Shown here: piece by piece, positions 26,317-32,949 of the stretch
Numbering within the stretch: the first letter of the stretch is position 1
Layout of the letters: every line of letters begins with the position of its first letter
Virus record (IMG/VR): IMGVR_UViG_3300030397_001150
Location: 1-32,949 of that record
From: a virus
Taxonomy: Duplodnaviria > Caudoviricetes
Length of the DNA: 32,949 nucleotides
Reading direction: 5' to 3' (one strand)
Translations under genes and position numbers: made by a program
The notes under the pieces: model-generated
Told to the model about the DNA's origin: nothing
What the model saw: the letters and a program-made list of their open reading frames with translations, nothing else
Databases searched by the model: none

Positions 26317-28217
26317 TTGGATTAGAAAAAGATGGCATATTCCTGGACATGGATCCCAGGGCAAGAATAAACTTCAGGTTTGTTTCTCCTGTTTTTGCCA
26401 GGGAAATCAAAGACAATACCCATAGCCTAAATTTCTCCCTTCCTTCCTCTGACCACAACAGAAATCAACTGGGTTTCTATGATCTTCCCATTGTGCGCAA
26501 TGCCGCAACTGAAAAGGATTTTAGAGTGTGGCTGGATGGGATCCCTGCATTCCCTGGAGTCCTGAGAATATCCAGAAGCCAACCCCAGTCATATTCTGCC
26601 AGGTGGTTATCTGGAATGTCTCCCATCGCTGAGCAATTGAAGAACACAAAACTGGCTGAAATAGATCTTGGAGGGGTACGGAGTCTGATAGGAGCTGGTG
26701 CTCCAGCAAGTCAAGAATATACATTGACCAAGTTGGTTGATGGTGGGGTGACTGCCATCGAGGTGAACGGGTTTTTATATTCTCGAATTTGGTCACCAGC
26801 TAAAGAGGCAGATCTGGTTCTGACTGCCTTGGCTGGAGATATAAACAACGACAATGCAAATTCTCATGTAGATGCTGCTGTTTTGGGAACTGGAGCTGGA
26901 GCTTCGATTGTACTTACTCCAAGTCCAGGATATTCTCAGCTTGATATCAATATCAATCACCCACAAAATGAGCAGCGCTGGAATGATGTAAGTCAAGCAG
27001 GATCTGCACTGGTAATTCACAGCCAAATTGTTGGGCACATGAATACAGTTGCAGCTGCAGCTGCAGGGACTTATGAATATACTTTTTGCCCTGTTTACAA
27101 TCCAGGGTTTTACAACAATCTAAATGCTGATTATTTGGGATATGTGAATTTGTATGACTGGGGTGGATCCACATTTTTACAAAACAGCATTATTCCTGGC
27201 CAGGAATGGAGGAATTCAGCTGTGCCATTCCCACAGGCAGCCTACCTGCTCCAGCAAGGACTCGCTCACATAGGTTACACAGATATTTCCACCTTCACAG
27301 GCACAGCAGACTTTCAGGAAATACATTTCTGGAACAATGTAAGTCTGGACCTTGAAGCAGATGAAAGTGGGACACCATTCAATAGATTTCAGTCTGAGCT
27401 CAATCTTGCAAATCATGTTCACCCAGACATGACCCTGGCAGATCTGCTAGTATGGATGAGGGATGAGTTTAATCTTTCCATCGATGTTGATTACCAGAAC
27501 AAAACAATTGACTTCATTCCAAAAAATGATGTAGCAACGAATCCAGCTGTAGACTGGACAAGCAGAAGTACACCTGCATACATTTTCCAAAGAACTCCAG
27601 AAAGCAAAAGAGGATATTCCTTTTCGTTCTTGACAGATGAAAATGATGCCACTTTTGGGGGGCTAATCCCTCAACTAGATGGGGTTTCCATTGATGCTGG
27701 ATTCAATAAAATTGAAGTAAAATTTCCACCGATGGCCAATATGGATGATGGCCATCCGGTGCTTGCTGGGAATTGGAAGGTGCCAACCATTCGCCAGGTT
27801 GGGAATACCCCATATCCGGATGTAGAAGCTGACGAATGGATGCCCAGGCCATTCTTCATGAGGGGAATGCACCCCAGCAGCACAGCCCAGAATTATCCCC
27901 TTGGAACTCATGGCAACCTAGACTATGCAGGGACTTCTGTAGGATCCTATGGACTTACTTGGAAGGCAAATCCTGGAGAAAGTGACACAAGTATAATTGA
28001 GGGCTTTTGGAATGGTTGGGTGATTGATCGAGAAGAAGAAGCAACTATTGAGATGGTTCTCAGCCCAAGGATTGAAGATATCATCACGATTCCATACCAC
28101 CAGCCTGTAATCCTGGCAACTGAAGACGGATATATAAGGGTGGCCATTATGCAGATTAGCACTGGAGTTAGTTCAAATGGCATTGAAACCACACAACTAA
28201 AAGCGCTGAGATTATGA
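26313..28217 (+). CDS. Tail tip / baseplate hub-like protein
   Basis: 634 aa with HSLNFSLP...NRNQLG N-terminus and PDMTLADLLVWMRDEFNL hub-like segment. Confidence 0.6.
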   Translation: MIGLEKDGIFLDMDPRARINFRFVSPVFAREIKDNTHSLNFSLPSSDHNRNQLGFYDLPIVRNAATEKDFRVWLDGIPAFPGVLRISRSQPQSYSARWLSGMSPIAEQLKNTKLAEIDLGGVRSLIGAGAPASQEYTLTKLVDGGVTAIEVNGFLYSRIWSPAKEADLVLTALAGDINNDNANSHVDAAVLGTGAGASIVLTPSPGYSQLDININHPQNEQRWNDVSQAGSALVIHSQIVGHMNTVAAAAAGTYEYTFCPVYNPGFYNNLNADYLGYVNLYDWGGSTFLQNSIIPGQEWRNSAVPFPQAAYLLQQGLAHIGYTDISTFTGTADFQEIHFWNNVSLDLEADESGTPFNRFQSELNLANHVHPDMTLADLLVWMRDEFNLSIDVDYQNKTIDFIPKNDVATNPAVDWTSRSTPAYIFQRTPESKRGYSFSFLTDENDATFGGLIPQLDGVSIDAGFNKIEVKFPPMANMDDGHPVLAGNWKVPTIRQVGNTPYPDVEADEWMPRPFFMRGMHPSSTAQNYPLGTHGNLDYAGTSVGSYGLTWKANPGESDTSIIEGFWNGWVIDREEEATIEMVLSPRIEDIITIPYHQPVILATEDGYIRVAIMQISTGVSSNGIETTQLKALRL

Positions 28218-28780
28218 CAGAATTCACTCCAGATCTGCAAGCGAAGTTCACAAATCAAATGCTTTATGAATTCGCAACCAATTTAGACCGGGTTTTGAGG
28301 GACCGGTTGAGGAGTATTGCTGGAAAGGTGCCCAATGTTACTCTTTCGCTGCTCAGGTTTGAGATCATGGAAGCCAATGCTGATGATATTTCAGCTCATT
28401 ATGAACTATTCTTTCAAGACTCTGGGAGAATCTCTGAAATGAAAAAGATCAATCCAGGCAAAGTTCTCCCATCAGATGTGATCCTGGACTGGATAAAAAG
28501 AGGAAGACAAGGCCTATTTAGAAAAACACCAGGCTATACTCAGCAACCAGGCAAGCTGTCAGAAGCCAAGAAAATGGAAAGAATTGCCTATGCAATCGCA
28601 AGGACAAAATCAAAAGGAACCAGGCGATCCGGGAAAAAGAAAATAGAGCGCCAGTGGATCAACAAGAGCTTTTATGGCTTTTACAATCGACTGGTAACTG
28701 AATTTATAACAAAGCAAGCCGAATTCCTGCAGGGTGCTATTGCACAGGGATTTGAAGGAGCGCAAAAAATTGAAATCTAA
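28214..28780 (+). CDS. Putative neck/tail completion protein
   Basis: 188 aa, basic, ILDWIKR...IAYAIAR pattern; coupled to the tape measure gene. Confidence 0.5.
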   Translation: MTEFTPDLQAKFTNQMLYEFATNLDRVLRDRLRSIAGKVPNVTLSLLRFEIMEANADDISAHYELFFQDSGRISEMKKINPGKVLPSDVILDWIKRGRQGLFRKTPGYTQQPGKLSEAKKMERIAYAIARTKSKGTRRSGKKKIERQWINKSFYGFYNRLVTEFITKQAEFLQGAIAQGFEGAQKIEI

Positions 28781-31725
28781 TGGCCAAAAGAGTAGAAACC
28801 ACCAGCTTGCAGTTTGAAATCACCATCAATGGTGAGCGAAAAGCATTAAGGACTCTTAAAGAAATCAGACAAGAAAGGAGAACTCTGATAAAACAACTAG
28901 AGACTCAACAGCTCACTCAATCAGAATACAACCAAAAGGTGAGAGAATTGGGCCGGTTAGATGGTGTTTTGAAAGACCACAGGGACAAAGTTCGAGGAGC
29001 TGGAACAGCCTACAAATCAGCAGGAAGATCTGCAACTGTTTTTGGAGGAATTGCTCAAAAACTGGGAGGGATTTTGTCAACAGCTTTTGGACCCTTGGGA
29101 TTATTGATTCAAGGCATAACATTTTTCGCTGGAATGACCAAGGCAGCAATTGAAACTTCCCAGGAGATTCAGAAAGTCTCTGAGAGGATAAACCAGCTCA
29201 CTGGATTGGTAGGTGAGGATCTGAAGGAAGCTACAGCTACAGCCACAGCTTTGGGAAATGCTTTTGAAGTGGATGTTGCTCAAGGGGTTAATGCTGCTAA
29301 TGCTGCAGCCAATGCTTATCTGGAAAAAGGTGAGAGCCTGGACAAAACATTTACACCTACTCTGGATAAAATAGGAGATCGTTTGGCAGGCTTGGGGGAT
29401 AAGGGTGATGAATTCCTTGATCAAATTACAGAATATTCTGTGCAGGCCCAGGATGCTGGTCTGTCAATGGATAGATTCTTTAACCTGGTTACAGAAGGAA
29501 TTAACAAAGGTGTTCCAACTGACAAGCTGATTGATAGTATCAAAGAATTTGATATAAGAATCAAGACTATTTCAAAAGGTCAAAGGGAAACCTTAGAAAG
29601 GACTCTGGGGAAGAAGTTCACAGACCAGATCCTGAACGATGTTGAAACTGGGAAAAAATCTTCCATCGAGGCACTGGAAGAAATTTCTGTCCAGATAGGA
29701 GCTTTAGGTGAAGACAGTTCTGCAACACAGGCTATTGTTTCGGATCTGTTCGGTGGTCCAGGCGAGGATGCCACGGCATCATTTATTTCTCTCATAGGTG
29801 AAGTTGATGAAAGCCTGGATAGTGTAATTGATACTTCAAATATTTATATCCAGCGTAAGCGGGAACTTTTGCAACTGGAGAAAGAATCTGCCCTTGCTAG
29901 TGCAGAGCTGGCTTTTCTTCTTGATGGGACTGGGGATGCGTTTACGAAGGCTGGACTCAGGATCAAAACTGGCTTTGTTACTGGCTTGGCAAATGTCATT
30001 GAATTCATTCAGTTTTTTCCTGAATACTTTGGCGCAGCAACAAGTTCAGGGAAGGCTTTTGCAAATACCATCATTGCAGGATTTGAAAAAATGCTCAAGA
30101 CTGTGGTGCCATTTATTGGCATCATTGAAAGCTTAACAGGCAAAACTTTTTCCCTGCCAAAATTTGAAATTGAAAATGATCCTTTTGCTGAAGTGGAAGA
30201 GAAAATTGCAGCTGAAAGAAAGGCATTTGAAGAAAGGCAAAGGCAGGAAGTATTGGCCCAGCAAGGATCTACACAAAATGCTTCCAGGCTGCAGGCACTC
30301 CAGGCAGAAAAAGAGAAATATAATCAGCTGGGAAATCTGACAACAAAGGAGCTCCAGAAATTGGCCCAGCTCGAAGCTGATGCCCAGAGGAATATTGAAG
30401 ACCTGAAAATTGCTGTTATGGAAGAAGGAACTTCCAAGCGCATTGCTAAGCTTCGCTTGGATGCCAATCGGGAAATTGCAGCACTGAAGGGGTCATCCGA
30501 ACAGAAAGCACAGCAGGAAAAGCTCATCAGGGAAAAGCTTGAAAAGGATATCGCTAATATCCAGACGGAAGATAAACAGAAGGCGATTGATGAGGAACAA
30601 AAAGTTTATGAAGAGAGGCTACGCAATCTAGAGGAATTTCAAGCCGAAAAAATACTTTTGCTATCCCAAGAGGTTTTGGAAGGTGTTCAAAGCGGAGATG
30701 TCATCGATGCGGAGAAGGAGCTCAAAGAAAAGCTTCTGGAGATCGAAAAGGAATTTCTTGAGAAGAAGAAAGAGATTCAGGAAGAGCTTGGATTGCCTAC
30801 TACAGAAACCCAGCAAGAAATCACAGATCTTGAGATTGAAGGGGTTCAGGCAAAGAATGATGCTGAACTGGAATCTTTCCGAAAAAAGGAAGAAGAAAAA
30901 GTTAAGATTGCAGAGGCCACAGGCCAGGCATTGAACGCCATTGCAGATCTGATCAACGCTAGTATTCAAAGGCAGGCAAATGAAGAGATCAAAGCCCTGG
31001 AGAAACAAAAGAAGAAAGAGCTCAAATTTGCTGGAGACAATGCTGATGCCAGGGCAAGGATTGAGGAGAAGTTTGATAAAAAGGTTCAGGCGGTTCAGGA
31101 GCAGGCGGCAAAAAGACAGCAAACCATCGCAATTGGCAAAGCCCTGATTGATGGAGCGCTGGCCATCATGAGGATTGCGGCTGATACTCCCAAGGGAGAC
31201 TTTGGTATTTCAACGGGAATTCTGATAGCTGCCCAGGTCATTGCTACTGCAGCCCAGGTTGCTGCAATCAAATCTGCTTCCTTCGAAAAGGGAGGGATCC
31301 TGCCTGGCTTAGGAGGTATTGCTGAAGGCCCAAGCCATCAGGATGGACATATTTTGCTTGTGGATGGAAAGACTGGCCAATTAAGAGGCGCAGTGGAAGG
31401 TGGTGAGCCCATTCTGAGCATAAAAACCTATAAAAACAACAAGACCATTGTGGACCGGCTTCTGCGCTCCAGCCAACACGAAGGAGGCAAATCCATCTAT
31501 CAAGATGGTGGAATCCTCGGAGCTCCAGCCACCGTCCCAACCACAGAAGTGGTAGAAAATACTGTTTCGAACAATGAGGTTACTATGTTGGGTGAAAAGA
31601 TGGATCTGCTCATCGAGGCATACAGAGAAGGGAAAGTGCTTATGGTTGGAGAACGGGAAGCAGAAATTATAGCCAAGGCATTGGAGGAGGCTGCAGAAAT
31701 TCAGCTGGAGAGAACCCTGGCCTAG
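28780..31725 (+). CDS. Tail tape measure protein
   Basis: 981 aa, helical/coiled-coil, EFLDQITEYSVQ and DKLIDSIKEFDIRI motifs, hydrophobic stretches, C-terminal FEKGG...GPSH...VEGGE. Confidence 0.9.
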   Translation: MAKRVETTSLQFEITINGERKALRTLKEIRQERRTLIKQLETQQLTQSEYNQKVRELGRLDGVLKDHRDKVRGAGTAYKSAGRSATVFGGIAQKLGGILSTAFGPLGLLIQGITFFAGMTKAAIETSQEIQKVSERINQLTGLVGEDLKEATATATALGNAFEVDVAQGVNAANAAANAYLEKGESLDKTFTPTLDKIGDRLAGLGDKGDEFLDQITEYSVQAQDAGLSMDRFFNLVTEGINKGVPTDKLIDSIKEFDIRIKTISKGQRETLERTLGKKFTDQILNDVETGKKSSIEALEEISVQIGALGEDSSATQAIVSDLFGGPGEDATASFISLIGEVDESLDSVIDTSNIYIQRKRELLQLEKESALASAELAFLLDGTGDAFTKAGLRIKTGFVTGLANVIEFIQFFPEYFGAATSSGKAFANTIIAGFEKMLKTVVPFIGIIESLTGKTFSLPKFEIENDPFAEVEEKIAAERKAFEERQRQEVLAQQGSTQNASRLQALQAEKEKYNQLGNLTTKELQKLAQLEADAQRNIEDLKIAVMEEGTSKRIAKLRLDANREIAALKGSSEQKAQQEKLIREKLEKDIANIQTEDKQKAIDEEQKVYEERLRNLEEFQAEKILLLSQEVLEGVQSGDVIDAEKELKEKLLEIEKEFLEKKKEIQEELGLPTTETQQEITDLEIEGVQAKNDAELESFRKKEEEKVKIAEATGQALNAIADLINASIQRQANEEIKALEKQKKKELKFAGDNADARARIEEKFDKKVQAVQEQAAKRQQTIAIGKALIDGALAIMRIAADTPKGDFGISTGILIAAQVIATAAQVAAIKSASFEKGGILPGLGGIAEGPSHQDGHILLVDGKTGQLRGAVEGGEPILSIKTYKNNKTIVDRLLRSSQHEGGKSIYQDGGILGAPATVPTTEVVENTVSNNEVTMLGEKMDLLIEAYREGKVLMVGEREAEIIAKALEEAAEIQLERTLA

Positions 31726-31761
31726 CTGTCATAATTGCCACTTTGTAATTTTTCCACCTTG
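31726..31761 (+). promoter_or_regulatory. Putative late promoter/activator element, copy 6
   Basis: CTGTCATAATTGCCAC...ACCTTG, 35-nt spacing, ATG at 31767. Confidence 0.7.
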
Positions 31762-31766
31762 AGTGT

Positions 31767-32543
31767 ATGAATGTAATTCAATATGCACTGAAGACCAGAC
31801 TACCATACCAGAAAAAGCTGGAGCTTTTTGCCAGACATGGCAACCAGCCTGGGTTGGTTCAGACTTTAAGAAGGGGGGAAAACCCTCAAAACAAGAGGAT
31901 TCTGGATTTCAATTTGAAAAGGCTTAGGTTCAAAAAGGGGTTACCTGGTGCAGACACATCTTTTTCAGACCTTGATTCTTCCATTACTGAGGAAGTTGCC
32001 CCGGGTATCATCAGAGAGGCCAAAAACAGACCTACCAGACCCAGAAAGGAGAAAAAGCACCTTTACCCAGATGTCATCTCTCAGGCGCTCAGGGAGCGAA
32101 AAACAGCCATAAACGCCAGGGAGAAGGCTGGCAGAAAACTGACAGATGAGGCTGAAACCCTTTCCAAAAAAGAGCGTGCTATTCTCATTGATTCCCAAAA
32201 GACCCATCATGAAACAGTTGCCAGGCTTACTGGAATTATCAAAGCCTGGGAACAGGCGGGAGAATTGCCTGAACCGGAGCAAAAAGAAACCGAAAAAGAG
32301 GAAAAGCCTGTTCTTTCTCCCAAGGAAAAAGAGCGCCTGGAGAAAGAATGGACAGAAATGCTTCGAATCAGATCCAGGGCAAGAGCTGGAATAAAAAAAT
32401 GGACAGGAACAGACCAAAAACGCAGGCTTCAGAGGCACAAAGACAATCTTAAAAGAGCCCAAGCACGAATTGACACACTTAGGATCATCCTCAACAAAAA
32501 ACGAGAATGGGGAAAACACAAGCAGAAAAGAACCAACTCATGA
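31767..32543 (+). CDS. Hypothetical basic coiled-coil protein
   Basis: 258 aa directly after the late element. Confidence 0.7.
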   Translation: MNVIQYALKTRLPYQKKLELFARHGNQPGLVQTLRRGENPQNKRILDFNLKRLRFKKGLPGADTSFSDLDSSITEEVAPGIIREAKNRPTRPRKEKKHLYPDVISQALRERKTAINAREKAGRKLTDEAETLSKKERAILIDSQKTHHETVARLTGIIKAWEQAGELPEPEQKETEKEEKPVLSPKEKERLEKEWTEMLRIRSRARAGIKKWTGTDQKRRLQRHKDNLKRAQARIDTLRIILNKKREWGKHKQKRTNS

Positions 32544-32949
32544 ATCGGGAGATTCGGAGGGACAAACGAAGGTCAAAAAATAAGCCCGACCAGGTTGACC
32601 GGATTCGTGACCACATAATTGAAGGCAAGAAACTCTGGAAAACAGATGAGCGGTGCCTGCATATTTCTATGCTTATCTATCCCAAACTCTGCAAAGGCTG
32701 GCCAAACGCTGACATCCGGAAATACCTTAAAAAAGAATTGAAGGAAGATCTCAGTGTTCACTCGTGCAATAAATGGATCAGGAAAACCAAAAAAATATTC
32801 GCTGGCGCTGTAGACTCAGATCCGGAAGTTGAAAAAGTATTCCTGATTGACATGGCGAAACAAGCCTACCAAGTTGCCAAAAAAAAGGGAAATGGCAGAG
32901 ACATGACTGCAGCAACAAAACTGCTGGCCCAACTCTTGGGAGCCTTTGA
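32540..32949 (+). CDS. Putative terminase small subunit (runs off window)
   Basis: Frame open from ATG 32540 (ATGA overlap; alternative ATG 32507) to the end; HTH-like middle and AYQVAKKKGNGRDMTAATKLLAQLLG helical segment; function inferred. Confidence 0.5.
   Translation, partial: MNREIRRDKRRSKNKPDQVDRIRDHIIEGKKLWKTDERCLHISMLIYPKLCKGWPNADIRKYLKKELKEDLSVHSCNKWIRKTKKIFAGAVDSDPEVEKVFLIDMAKQAYQVAKKKGNGRDMTAATKLLAQLLGAF

Noticed and set aside
516-32761. Numerous antisense or alternate-frame ORFs (e.g. 516-890, 8463-8909, 10003-10413, 30661-31122, 31965-32519)
   Set aside because: Shadows of longer well-supported genes, with no recognisable motifs.

Overview
Most of a temperate, siphovirus-like phage genome, very probably from a Bacteroidota host (no Shine-Dalgarno sequences, Bacteroidetes-type integrase, portal and Toprim proteins). 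It appears to be the excised form: an intact attP with a tRNA-Asp 3'-end core lies mid-window with phage genes on both sides, and bases 1-17 are a random-amplification primer tag. Virion genes (portal, adaptor, S49 protease/scaffold, capsid, tail tube, tail tip, tape measure, probable small terminase) are split into separate blocks. Six blocks are headed by the same fixed-spacing CTGTCMTAA...YTTG element. They are interleaved with an iteron-rich putative origin, an integrase/repressor/RHH switch, a 1266-aa primase-helicase and an antirepressor operon with a C4-like antisense RNA layout. The most striking feature is at 20375-23442: eight small unrelated ORFs, each delimited by a (C)CGATAAATT site (9 copies, 5 supplying the stop codon), bounded by an 18-bp direct repeat and followed directly by a second, Cre/Xer-like tyrosine recombinase. 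This is a candidate phage-encoded, integron-like gene-cassette system with minimal recombination sites. No large terminase or endolysin is recognisable, so the genome is incomplete here. All protein calls are by eye from motifs and synteny; no searches were run.
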